From Phyllobates terribilis (taxonomy: Eukaryota): 64,000 bases of DNA. The notes under the pieces were generated by a model. It was given only the letters and a program-made list of their open reading frames with translations, searched no databases and was not told the origin of the DNA. The stretch is from NCBI RefSeq assembly GCF_046119375.1, contig NW_027362762.1:445842001-445906000 (forward strand), given 5' to 3'. Position 1 is the stretch's first letter, and every line of letters begins with the position of its first letter. The translations under genes and the position numbers were made by a program. This document shows, piece by piece, positions 12,935 through 24,705 of this stretch.

Positions 12935-14388
12935 CACTGTGTTCAGAATTATTAGGCAAATTGTATTTTAGAGGATTATTTTTATTATTGATCAACAACT
13001 ATGTTCTCAATCAACCCAAAAGACTCATAAATATCCAAGCTTAATATTTTTGGAAGTTGGAGTGTTTTTTTTTTTAGATTTGGCTATCTTAGGAGGATAT
13101 CTGTTTGTGCAGGTAACTATTACTGTGCCGAATTATTAGGCAACTTAATAAAAACCAAATATAATTCCATCTCGCGTGTTTATTTTCACCAGGTAAACCA
13201 ACATCAGTGCACAAACTTTAGAGATAAACATTTCTGACATGCAAAAACAAAAACCCCAAAAATTAGTGATCAATATAGCCACCTTTCTTTATGATAACAC
13301 TCAACAGCCTTTCATCCATAGATTCTGTCAGTTGCTTGATCTGTTTTCGATCAACATTGTGTGTAGCAGCCATCACAGCATCCCAGACACTGTTCCGAGA
13401 GGTGTACTGTTTTCCCTCCCTGTAGATCTCACATTTTATGATGGACCACAGGTTCTCTATGGGGTTCAGATCAGGTGAACAAGGGGGCCATGTCATTATT
13501 TTTTCTTCTTTTAGACCTTCACTGGCCAGCCACGCTGTGGAGTAGTTGGATGCATGTGATGGAGCATTGTCCTGCATGAAAATCATGTTTTTCTTGAACG
13601 ATACCGACTTCTTCCTGTACCACTGCTTGAAGAAGTTGTCTTCCAGAAACTGGCAGTAGGTCTGGGAGTTGAGCTTCACTCCATCCTCAACCCGAAAATG
13701 TCCCACAAGTTCATCTTTGATGATACCAGCCAATACCAGTACCTCACCTTCACCTTTGAAAAATCAGTCTTAAGATATTTCTTGGCCCATTCTTGGCGTT
13801 TTATCTTATGTTTCTTGTTCAAAGGTGGTCGTTTTTCAGCCTTCCTTACCTTGGCCATGTCCCTGAGTATCGCACACCTTGTGCTTTTTGATACTTCAGT
13901 AACGTTGCAGCTCTGAAATATGGCAAAACTGGTGGCGAATGGCATCTTGGCAGCTTCACGCTTGATTTTCCTCAATTCATGGGCAGTTATTTTGCGCCTA
14001 TTTTGGCCAACATGCTTCTTGCGACCCTGTTGGCTATTTGCCATGAAATGCTTGATTGTTCGATGATCACGCTTCAAAAGTTTGGAAATTTCAAGACTGC
14101 TGCATCCCTCTGCAAGACATCTCACAATTTTGGACTTTTCAGAGCCCGTCAAATCTCTCTTCTGACCCATTTTGGCAAAGGAAAGGAAGTTGCCTAATAG
14201 TTAAGCACACCTTATATAGGGTGTTGATGTCATTAGTCAACACCCCTCCTCATTACAGAGATGCACATCACCAGATTTACTTAATTGGTAGTTGGCTCTC
14301 AAGCCTATGCAGCTTGGAGTAGTACAACATGTATAAAAAGTATCATGTGATCAAAATACTCATTTGCCTAATAATTCTGAACACAGTG
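12935..14388 (-). mobile_element. Tc1-like DD37E (TRT-type) transposon with internal deletion
   Basis: TA TSDs and perfect terminal TIR CACTGTGTTCAGAATTATTAGGCAAA with inner repeats. ORF 14170-13676 is the HTH part and ORF 13733-13263 the catalytic part. There are 37 residues between D (QDN) and E (PIE). The first Asp region is deleted. Confidence 0.9.
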
Positions 14389-14421
14389 TACATATCAGCG
14401 CCACATCCAAACTTCCTGTAA

Positions 14422-15025
14422 GGGGCTGTGCCGTCGGTGCATCATTCGGTCTGCTCCCCTGTCCTCTCCTACGTTACTGCACATGTCCACTAATTCCTTG
14501 GACGCTAGAGGTCTCAGATGTACAATGTTCAGGCGCCGGCACTGGTCCGCCCAGCTGCGCATGCGTTACTTTCTTCCATTCACTAGGCTAGATCACAAAT
14601 ACATGGTAGGTACAATTGGCGAAGTTCCTCATATAGAAAACTTTACCATTGGGAGAACCTGAGAAATTTCTAATCCAGTTATGTTGGAAAAACGAAGAGG
14701 GAGCTACGGAGACCCGCTATTGTCTCCCTTAGTATGTTCGTATCCATATTTAACGTACGTACTGTGTATGTCTGGGTCGCATAGTCTTGGACTCAGTGTG
14801 AGTACGAATGCGTAATAGCCATCGGCACATGCGCAACAGGACCATACATTTGTGATCTAGTCTAGTGAATGCGAGAAAGTGGCGCATGCGCGGCTGGGCG
14901 GGCAGACCAGTGCCGACGCCTTAGCATAGTACATCTGAGACCTCTAGCGTCCGAGGAATTAGTGGACATACACAGTAATGTAGGACAGGGGAGAAGGCCG
15001 AATGATGCACCAACGGCACACCCGC
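14422..15025. mobile_element. Palindromic Harbinger-type MITE (~190-bp TIRs)
   Basis: 14422-14610 is an imperfect reverse complement of ~14840-15025. Flanked by TAA on the left and by TTA once the Gypsy insertion is removed. Confidence 0.75.
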
Positions 15026-15461
15026 TTTGTTATGTTCTGCTACCAAAGCTAAGGAAAGAGAGGAGATCTGTCCCTACTATAAGACTCAGCTGAATCCCTA
15101 CGATGTAACAGGGAACCTGATCCTGCGATCAGACCTGCTAAAGTCCTAATCTAGTCTGTACGAAGACCTATAGATGTGGGGAGGGAATCCCTACAAGTAC
15201 TAAGGACTGGGAGGAATATGGGACACCTCCTAACAGAAATAGTAGCAGACAGACGAACAAACAAAATAGATAGAACATAGAGGTCCGTAGACCAAGCAAA
15301 CTAACAGAGTTAGATACAGAGCACAGGCTAGCTAGAAAGTAGATATACAATGAAGTCCAGCAAAGCCAGAAGGGCGGAGCAGGACTAAATAGGCCAACAA
15401 GGTCATGTGACCAGCAAAGGAAAAAAAACCTAACAGCAAGGTTCTAACAGTACCCCCCCTT

Positions 15462-17180
15462 CTAAGAGGATCCTCCGGATCCCCTAGGACCAGGCTTATC
15501 AGGAAATCTCCTGTGAAACGCTCTGATAAGTCTGGACGCGGAAACATCATCTGACCTCACCCAAGAGTTATCCTCGGGTCCGAAACCTTTCCAGGCCACA
15601 AGATACTGCAAACTACCTCTATACCGTCTAGAGTCAAGGATGCGAGAAATTTCATATTCCCCGTCCTCCACCACCGGAGGAACAGAGGCAGAGGCGTCAC
15701 CATCCGACACAACAGCTTTTTTTAACAGAGAGACATGAAAGACCGGATTAATTCTCCAGGAGGTAGGAACCTCCAACCTAACAGCAGATTGGTTGACAAC
15801 CTGAAGCACCTTAAAGGGCCCTACAAACTTGGGACCCAATTTCTTAGAAGGAATCCTCAACCGCAGATTCCTAGAGGACAACCAAACCATGTCACCAACA
15901 GCGAACAAAACCTCCTGTCGTTTCCTATCAAAGTAGTCTTTAGATTTTCTGTTGGCCTCCTGAAGATTACCACGCACATCCGTCCAAACTCTCTCCAAAT
16001 CACCGGAAAAATTCTCCTCCTCAGGCACGGCAGATCCCAACTTGGAGAACGACCCAAACGACGGATGTCTCCCAGAACAACAAAAAAAAGGCGAACAACC
16101 AGCAGAAGAAGATGTATGATTGTTCAGAGCAAATTCGGCAAGTGGCAGAAACTCAGACCACCCCTCTTGATTGTCTGCCACAAAACAACGCAAGAACTGC
16201 TCAACATCCTGGTTTTTCCTTTCTGTCTGGCCATTAGATTCAGGATGATATCCGGACGAAAACGACAAATGAATTCCCAACCTGTCACAAAAGGCACGCC
16301 AAAAACGAGCCACGAACTGAGGACCCCTATCAGAAACAATGTCAGTAGGAACGCCATGAAGTCTGACAATTTCCTTGACAAAGGCCTTAGCGAGAGTTTT
16401 AGCGCAGGGCAGTTTGACGAAGGGAACCAAGTGACACATCTTGCTAAAACGGTCCACGACCACCCAGATGACAGTAAAACCCTCAGAGGGGGGAAGGTCA
16501 GTTATAAAGTCCATAGCCAAATGTGTCCAAGGAGCACTGGGGACCTCCAAAGGACAAAGCAACCCCGCAGCAGGAGTATGTGAGGACTTAGATCTAGCAC
16601 ATATAGTACATTGGCGCACCCACTTAATGACTTCCTTCTGCCATCCAGGCCACCAAAAACTGCGACCCACCAGTCTCTTGGTCTGAGATTCCGGGATGAC
16701 CTGCCAACCGAGATTCGTGACACTCAACAAACAAATCTCTCCTAAAGGTCTCAGGCACAAACAACCTCCCATGAGGAGTGTTAGATGGGGCATTCTCCTG
16801 AGCTTTAAGAATCTCATCTTCCAAAACAGAGTCTAAAGCAGCTATCACAACACCTTCTTGTAAAATGTTTTCCTCTTTCTCAGCACCGACTATGGGAGAA
16901 AAACTGCGAGACAAGGCATCCGCCTTAACATTCTTAGTACCAGGGATGTAAGTAACGGAGAAATTAAACCGCGAGAAAAACAGTGCCCACCTAGCCTGAC
17001 GGGCATTCAGGCGCTTGGCAGCATCAAGATATATCAGATTTTTATGATCCGTAAGAACCTGAACGGGAAATTCCGCACCTTCCAAGAAGTGGCGCCAGTG
17101 TTCAAATGCGAGTTTAATAGCCAATAATTCCCGATTACCAATATCGTAATTCAATTCAGTCTCCGAAAATTTTTTTGAAA
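15462..17180 (-). CDS. RNase H - integrase - chromodomain part of pol, split by two frameshifts
   Basis: YDIGNRELLAI and TDHKNL (RNase H); H..GHPG..CTIC zinc finger; MDF..SDRG..TER catalytic core; GPKFVGPF; YEISRILDSR..QYLVAWKGFGPEDNSW chromodomain. Confidence 0.93.
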
Positions 17181-19528
17181 AAAAAGGCACAGGGATGTAA
17201 TCCATCCCCGTTATCCTGAGACAATACTGCGCCAACCCCCACAGAGGAAGCATCAACCTCAACCAAAAACGGCCTAGTAACATCAGGCTGCATAAGGATG
17301 GGAGCAGAGGTGAACCTCTCCTTGAGATACACAAAAGCTTCAATGGCCTCAGAAGACCACTGAACCGCATCAGCACCTTTCCTGGTGAGATCAGTCAGAG
17401 GTTTGACAATACTAGAAAAATTTTTTATGAACTTTCTATAGTAATTGGCGAAACCCAAAAACCTCTGTATCGATTTCAAACCAATAGGCCTAGGCCATTC
17501 CTGCACAGCCTGAACCTTAACCGGATCCATCTCAAAACCTTTGCTGGAGATAATGTAGCCCAAAAAACTAATTCTCTGTACAGCGAACTCACATTTCTCC
17601 AGCTTAGCAAAAAGCGAATTGTCCATTAATAACTGTAATACCTCACGCACGCTCCGCCAATGAGACTCCAGATCTGGCGAATAAATCAAAATGTCATCCA
17701 AATACACAACCACATTTTTACCGATCAAAGGTCTAAGGATGTCATTAATCAGATTCTGAAAAAATGCAGGAGCATTAGTAAGACCAAAAGGCATAACCAG
17801 ATTCTCAAAATGACCCACAGGAGTGTTAAAAGCAGTCTTCCATTCATCACCCTCCTTCATGCGCAACAGATTGTATGCCCCCTTAAGGTCAATTTTAGAG
17901 AACCACTTGGCCCCCAATAACTGGTTAAACAGATCAGGAATCAATGGCAGTGGGTAAGGATTGCGTACCGTAACTTTGTTAATCTCACGAAAATCCAGAC
18001 AAGGACGTAAACCGCCGTCCTTTTTTTTTACAAAAAAAAATCCAACCGCCACAGGAGACTTAGAGGGCCTAATGTGACCGGCGGCCAAGCTTGTCTGTAT
18101 GTATTCCTCCAAAGCCTTCCTCTCAGGAATAGTAAGGTTAAATAAACGACTCTTAGGAAGAGTCGCTCCAGGGACAAATTCAATAGAACAATCATAGTCT
18201 CTATGGGGAGGCAAAACCTGCGATTCCTTCTCAGAAAAAACTCTCCAAAAATCCTGAATAGGAACAGGCAATTCTCCCCTATCCAAAGCTGCAATACGCC
18301 CGTTACAACACTTGTCATAACATTTATGGCTCCAGGATTTAATTTCACTGGTAGACCAATCCAGTACAGGATTGTGAAATTTTAACCAGGGCAAACCCAA
18401 TATTACTGGAGAAGGCAAGTTATTCAACACTACCAAATCCAATTTCTCATGGTGAACACCATTAATAGTGAGAGGAAATTCATTGACCTTGAGAGTAATA
18501 TTCTTCAAAGGGGAGCCATCCACAGAAACCACAGCAATGGGGGATGACAAAGGTTCAGGTTTTAAATTGAGTTTTTCCACGAATCCCCCATCAATTACAT
18601 TCAGTGTAGACCCGCAATCAACAAACACCCGAAATTCCATTAATTTTCCCTGAGCAATCGTGGAAGCAGCTAAAAATATACCCTTGGAATTTAAACAGGC
18701 AATACGGGCGTGACTGACCATTTTTTTTTCTTTCTTCATACGAAGCTCACAGCCTTTAATCAAATGACCAGATTTTCCGCAATAGAAACACAAGCCCTGC
18801 GAAAAACGACGGTCTTTTTCTAGAGAGCGAGGTGCCACCGATCCAATCTCCATCGGTTCACCACTGTTAGTACACACATTATCATAACCAGAAACTGACA
18901 TAGCAGAGGATTTGCTCTCATTAACCCTAGCACGCAGTCTTCTATCCACCCGTATAGCTAATTGCATAGCCTGTTGCAAATCTTCAGGTGTAGGATAAGC
19001 AATTAGCAGGTCTTTAACCCTTTCACTGAGCCCAGCAAGAAATAGACTTTTCAGAGCAGAATCGTTCCACCCTGTTTGAGTGGACCAACGACGAAAATGT
19101 GTACAATATTTTTCCACATTACCCGATCCTTGTTTTAGACGTCTCAACTCAGTCTCAGCTGATGCGACACGGTCAGGATCATCATATAATAGTCCCAAAG
19201 CAGAAAAAAAACTATCCACTGATCTGAAGCATGAATCACTAGGTTGCAAAGAAAAGGCCCACTCCTGAGGCTCTTTGCGCAAAAGTGACATTATGAACCC
19301 TACGCGCTGGGATTCATCCCCAGAGGACTTAGGTCTCAAACGAAAATACAATAAGCAAGCATTTTTAAATGAAAAAAATTCTCGGTGTTCACCAAAAAAC
19401 AAATCCGGCAAACATACCTTAGGCTCCAAGAAATGTGCTCCAGGACAGTTACTCACGTGCTGACGGAGCTCGGCCACCTCCAGAGAGAGTCCCTGCAGGC
19501 GATGAGCCAAATCCTGAACCGACACCAT
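17156..19528 (-). CDS. Gag-protease-reverse transcriptase polyprotein (frame breaks in RNase H)
   Basis: CFYCGKSGHLIKGC zinc knuckle, FVDCGS protease, MPFGL and YLDD RT motifs, VEVDASSVGVGAVL RNase H start. Confidence 0.95.
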   Translation of the reverse strand: MVSVQDLAHRLQGLSLEVAELRQHVSNCPGAHFLEPKVCLPDLFFGEHREFFSFKNACLLYFRLRPKSSGDESQRVGFIMSLLRKEPQEWAFSLQPSDSCFRSVDSFFSALGLLYDDPDRVASAETELRRLKQGSGNVEKYCTHFRRWSTQTGWNDSALKSLFLAGLSERVKDLLIAYPTPEDLQQAMQLAIRVDRRLRARVNESKSSAMSVSGYDNVCTNSGEPMEIGSVAPRSLEKDRRFSQGLCFYCGKSGHLIKGCELRMKKEKKMVSHARIACLNSKGIFLAASTIAQGKLMEFRVFVDCGSTLNVIDGGFVEKLNLKPEPLSSPIAVVSVDGSPLKNITLKVNEFPLTINGVHHEKLDLVVLNNLPSPVILGLPWLKFHNPVLDWSTSEIKSWSHKCYDKCCNGRIAALDRGELPVPIQDFWRVFSEKESQVLPPHRDYDCSIEFVPGATLPKSRLFNLTIPERKALEEYIQTSLAAGHIRPSKSPVAVGFFFVKKKDGGLRPCLDFREINKVTVRNPYPLPLIPDLFNQLLGAKWFSKIDLKGAYNLLRMKEGDEWKTAFNTPVGHFENLVMPFGLTNAPAFFQNLINDILRPLIGKNVVVYLDDILIYSPDLESHWRSVREVLQLLMDNSLFAKLEKCEFAVQRISFLGYIISSKGFEMDPVKVQAVQEWPRPIGLKSIQRFLGFANYYRKFIKNFSSIVKPLTDLTRKGADAVQWSSEAIEAFVYLKERFTSAPILMQPDVTRPFLVEVDASSVGVGAVLSQDNGDGLHPCAFFFKKIFGD

Positions 19529-20805
19529 GATGGAACAGAAAAATCTTTCCTTAGAGAATTTGCTGGCTGGACTTACTGTTATGTTCTGCTACCAAAGCTA
19601 AGGAAAGAGAGGAGATCTGTCCCTACTATAAGACTCAGCTGAATCCCTACGATGTAACAGGGAACCTGCTAAAGTCCTAATCTAGTCTGTACGAAGACCT
19701 ATAGATGTGGGGAGGGAATCCCTACAAGTACTAAGGACTGGGAGGAATATGGGACACCTCCTAACAGAAATAGTAGCAGACAGACGAACAAACAAAATAG
19801 ATAGAACATAGAGGTCCGTAGACCAAGCAAACTAACAGAGTTAGATACAGAGCACAGGCTAGCTAGAAAGTAGATATACAATGAAGTCCAGCAAAGCCAG
19901 AAGGGCGGAGCAGGACTAAATAGGCCAACAAGGTCATGTGACCAGCAAAGGAAAAAAAACCTAACAGCAAGGTTCTAACACGCTTAACTTTAATATATAG
20001 GATCTTTTTTCATTAGTTTGGTAGGCATTCAGTAGAGTTTGGATTTACCAACATAAAATGAATAATAGTACTATGTAATTTATACCAGGATGTAACATAT
20101 TTCCTTAAAAGGTCTAGCAGTAAATATAAAAGAGAATTAAAAAGACTGACCAGGAGGAAGAGAAAATGGACAATCAATTAAAGGAACACTACATCTTGAA
20201 GGTATAATAAAAGTAAAAGATAAACTTTCCTAGATTGTTTGACTATCTGCAGGAATTTTGCATACACCTAAAATATAGGTCCTTGTGGAAATCCTGCAGT
20301 GTATACTTGGCTTAATTTATCTCTAATCTGTTCCATTTTCAGCTATTGAACAGATTAGGGATAGGACTTAAGGCTTCAAAACATTTGTGTCCTTTTGCAG
20401 GCAGAGCAGAGGGGGGAGCTCCTGCTGAAGCCAGTTGCCTTACAGCAAAACATAGGATAGTGCGAATAAGGAAAAATGACAGTTGATCTCCAAAGACACG
20501 TGTTTCCTAGTTATAAAAGCAATATGAGGCAAAGTAGGAGGATAGAAGTAAGGCGATTTAAACATTTTCTAAAGTGTTTTGTGCATTTTCATTGTGCAGG
20601 TTTTTTTAGGAGGACATAAAAACAAGTAGCCATAAGTAAATTGCTGTTGTCTATAGAAATTAATAGGTTAACCTAAATATCTATGCAACATTGACATATC
20701 TGAGCATACAACAAGCAGGGCACTCGCATTTTCATCCAAATATCATTCCTAGAAATGATGTAAACATAAACTAGGTATACAATAAAGTGACATGTAATGC
20801 CTTAA

Positions 20806-21369
20806 AGGGGTTGTCCACTACTTTTTATTATCCCCCTAATGTATTCCCCCGGGGCCCATAAGGGTTTTTGTAAATACCTTGCATTGCTGTTACTGCCTGT
20901 GAGCGGCGCTATCACTAGTCGCTCACAGGCATTACGTGCCCCCCGGCTGCAGCTGGCTCTGACATCTACTGATGTCACGTCAAGTTCCGGCTGCAACCGG
21001 GGGTGACTTACTTCTGCGTTCCACGGTGGATGATGGGATGTGGGCGGGGTTACCCCGTGCGTCACAGCCAGCATCCACCGCGCGCTCTCCCTCTCCTCAT
21101 TCATTGGAAAAGCGCGCAGTGGATGCTGGGTGTGATGCGCAGGGAAACCCCGTCCACAATCCAGCATCCACCGCGGTGACTGCGTCGTTGATGTCACGCC
21201 TCACTTGACGTGACACCAGCAGTGGGTCACGTGATGCCTGTGAGCGGCCAGCGATAGCACCGCTCACAGGCAGTAAAAGCAACGCAAGGTAATTACAAAA
21301 ACCCTTATGGGCCCCGGGAGAATACAATTGGTACAATTGGGGGATAATAAAAAGTAATAGACATCTTCT
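20806..21369. mobile_element. Kolobok/T2-type MITE with ~150-bp TIRs
   Basis: TTAA on both sides; long inverted arms (e.g. GGGCCCATAAGGGTTTTTGT / ACAAAAACCCTTATGGGCCC). Confidence 0.8.
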
Positions 21370-22252
21370 TTAAACACAGTGTTCAAGATCTTATTTAATC
21401 TTTGGCAAAGCTTAAAAGTGGTGAAAGTAATACATATAGTGACTGTGTTGTATTTCAAAAACTCGAGCAGCAGAATAGATAGAGAAGATGGTTTGAAATG
21501 GATGATATTAAGGCCAACTGATCAGTGAGTTTAAAGGAACCTGTTATCAGAAAATAACCTAATGTTTAAATCAAGTTTTTGTGTTACATGTATTTTTTAC
21601 AGTTTTTGGCAAATTTTTTTCATATCACAAGTTTTATTGAAGGGTTTGTCATGGATAGGTGATACCTTGCGTATAGGAGGATGTCCTATAGCTGAGACTT
21701 TCACAAATTGGAATTTCTGTGCCAGAAGCAAAATAAACTAACAACCACAGCTCCATTCATTCTCTATGGGGCTGCCGCAAAAACCTGTGCACAGTGCTCA
21801 GCAGTGAACACTCATTGAACACTTAGCTTGTAGTTTCACACACAGGCATCTTAGATAAAGTAATGTTTTAACTCCTTATCGATGGCCAACATACATGTAC
21901 AATGGTTGTGCGCTATAACTGTATGGAGCAGGCTCAGGAGCTCATAGCTGGCTGCCGATAGTACCTGATACAACTGGAGCTAGAGCCAATCGCATCACTT
22001 TAAAGATGATGTATAAGTGGCTGCAGAGCAGAAAAAATCTTTTTATTTTTTATTTTGCCTCTCCATTGAAGAGATATTAGCAATCAAATTATTTGTCCCC
22101 TAATGAGTTTATTTCTGTTAATTCCAAATGGGTGGTATCAGACAGTTTTCACTTAGGGTGTGTGCTTCTTCTCCCTGTATCATAAGCAGGTAGCAACATT
22201 TCAATAAGGCACTGTCATTTGCATATGCAATAGCAACTGGTCACTTCATTTA

Positions 22253-22718
22253 GGGTCCATTTACACTATGTAATACACATTGTTAAATGAACGCTGACCA
22301 ACATGTTTGCCCGTCGGTAGCCTGTTTACACAAGCCGACCCTGCTTCAAATACGTACTTAACGATTTTAAGACTGTCTAGTCTAATAGTTCGTTTACACG
22401 GACTGACCGGCGGCATGATACAACTTCTGATTGCTACACCTTTACAACAGTAAATGATGTGCAGTGACCGATCTGTAATAGGTCACTCAGTGCACATAGG
22501 CCGCCATTGTTCTCGGTGATGCAGGTCCTGTTTGCACAGGATTATGCACTGCCATCGACTATGATCTTTTATGCAAACCAAAAGATCATTTCACAGGACG
22601 AATGAGCATTTTGCTCATTCGTCAGGTGATCAGCAGTCCATTTAGACTTCATGATTAACATGAATTAAGCGTTTCTAAGAATGCTCAATCATGATAATCT
22701 CGCAGTGTAAATGGACTT
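22253..22718. mobile_element. Harbinger-type MITE
   Basis: TTA followed by GGGTCCATTTACACT ... AGTGTAAATGGACTT. Confidence 0.6.
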
Positions 22719-22852
22719 CAGAAAGAGCATCTAAAGCACTCCCTTTCAATAATGGAAAGAACAAAGCATAAGCCTAATAAAAGTACTACTTTAAAAATGC
22801 ATAATAATAGAAGGTGTGAAGAGAGAATGGAACATTTATCTGCTTCTCATCG

Positions 22853-23008
22853 ATTGTAAGCTTGCAAGCAGGGCCCTCACTCCTTTTGGTATCTGTTGAG
22901 TTATGTCTTACTCTGTAATGTCTTTATTGTCTGTACAAGTTCCCTCTAAAATACAAAGTGCTGCGGAATATGTTGGCGCTATAGAAATAAAAAATATTAT
23001 TATTAGAT
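22853..23008 (+). mobile_element. L2-type LINE 3' end
   Basis: TTGTAAGCTTGCAAGCAGGG ... AAAGTGCTGCGGAATATGTTGGCGCTATA, then AATAAA and an (ATT)n tail. Confidence 0.7.
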
Positions 23009-23779
23009 ATTATTCTCATCGTTAGCTTGTAAATCTTAAATAATTCTATTTTTCTACATTTTGATTGGACATAAATTTCTCCAGAAAATCTTACAACTTT
23101 TTGGTGACTTGGGTCCAAGTGATGCTAGACAACATCAGTTTCCTGTATGTAAGCTGTAATATAGTCCGTTCTTACCAGTGTTTTTTTACATGGTTATAAA
23201 ATAGAGTCAACACAGTATTGGGTCTGTACATATTAATTTCCACTTGAAGCCGATTGCTGAAAGCCGTTGTTTATAAACTCTCAACTTTCTTATCTTGATA
23301 ATGTGCAGATTACCAGCCTTGTGGAAGACTTCATTACTTTGGGAACTAGACAAGACGTCCAATGGATTGTATCCCTTTGATCTTTAACCATTACATTCTC
23401 TTGTCCTCTCTAGAACAGAATAATTTAGATGACATTTTTTAATAATTTCTTATTCCCATAAACACATTCACACATTAAAGTATATTAAATATTTGCTCCA
23501 CTACATCAATGCATATAATAATAAAAATCATTTTTAGATTCAGAATATACAGTGGATATAATTCATTCCTTAAATGTGTGTATGTAGTGTAGTGTGAGTG
23601 TATTGATATACTCACCTACCGCCGCTTTCTCCGGTGTACAGCTCCGTTCTTGTAAGTGACTTCACTGCGATTACGACTACCCAGCTCACTCTGTGCGCTT
23701 TGCCATGTGCCTCTAACAGCCAAGGGTGGATTCTAGCCAGGTAAATGTTGCCGGAAATCACTGACAGTGGCATTTAACA

Positions 23780-24705
23780 CACCCCGGCTGGAAGCACATC
23801 ACAAGTCCCGCCCTTTGGCATCCCTGTCACATGATCACGAGGCACCGATGGATTGTTATGATAGCCGGAGGTCTGAAGAAGACCCCCGTGCCTGTCATTG
23901 TGAATCTCCTATGAATGCCAGCTCACGGCCGGCATTCATAGGAGATCATGATTTTTGCTACACATAGCAATGATGAAGCCCTGCTACGTGTAGCACCGGT
24001 GATCATATGATCGCAGCTTCAAGTCTCCTAAGGGGACTATTGAAGACAGTAAAAAGTAGAAAAAAAGTTTTAAAATATATTTTAAAAAATTCAACAAAAG
24101 TTCAAATCACCCCCTTTTACCCCATTAAAAATAAAACAATTAAAACAAATTAAAAATAAACATATCTGTTATCGTGTTCAGAAATGAAAAAAAAATCGAA
24201 AATCCAGAATTATATTGTTCACGAGAGCAAAACATTGCATCTACCCCAAAATGGTATCAATAAAAACATCAGCTCTGGGCATAAAAAAATAAGCCATCAT
24301 CGAGTCCCCGATCACAAAAAATGGAGACACTATGGGTCTTGGAAAATGGCGACATAAGCTAATTTTTTTTTTTTACAAATTTCGGAAAAAAAATTCACCA
24401 CTTAAATAAAAAAAAGATTCTATACCTGTTTGGTATCTGCAAACTCGTACTGACCTAAGAAATCATATTGCCAGGTCAGTTATAGCATTTAGTGAACATG
24501 GTAAATAAAAATCTCAGAAAACAATTATGGACTTGCACTTTTTCCAGTACATTATATGCTAAAATCAATCAAAAGTACAACTCATCCCGCAAAAAACAAG
24601 ATTGATACGGCTATATTGATGGAAAAATAAAAACTTATGGTTCTGGGAAGAAGGAGAGCAAAAAACGAAAGCGCAAACATGGGAAATTGCAAGGTGGTGA
24701 AGGGG
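23780..24705. mobile_element. piggyBac-like non-autonomous element, right-hand fragment
   Basis: Ends ...GTGAAGGGG followed by TTAA; AT-rich body. Left end not located. Confidence 0.45.

Larger units (their letters stand above)
15028..19980 (-). mobile_element. Full-length Ty3/Gypsy chromovirus (Tf1/sushi-like)
   Basis: LTRs 15028-15449 and 19577-19980 (TG...CA), 5-bp TSD CGCTT, PPT next to the left LTR, and gag-PR-RT-RH-IN-chromodomain order. Confidence 0.97.

Noticed and set aside
15735-16583. 282-aa plus-strand ORF
   Set aside because: Antisense shadow of the integrase with no domain-like features.
18715-18740. A9 run at the gag/protease boundary as a programmed frameshift site
   Set aside because: The frame is already continuous through it; it cannot be assessed without other copies.
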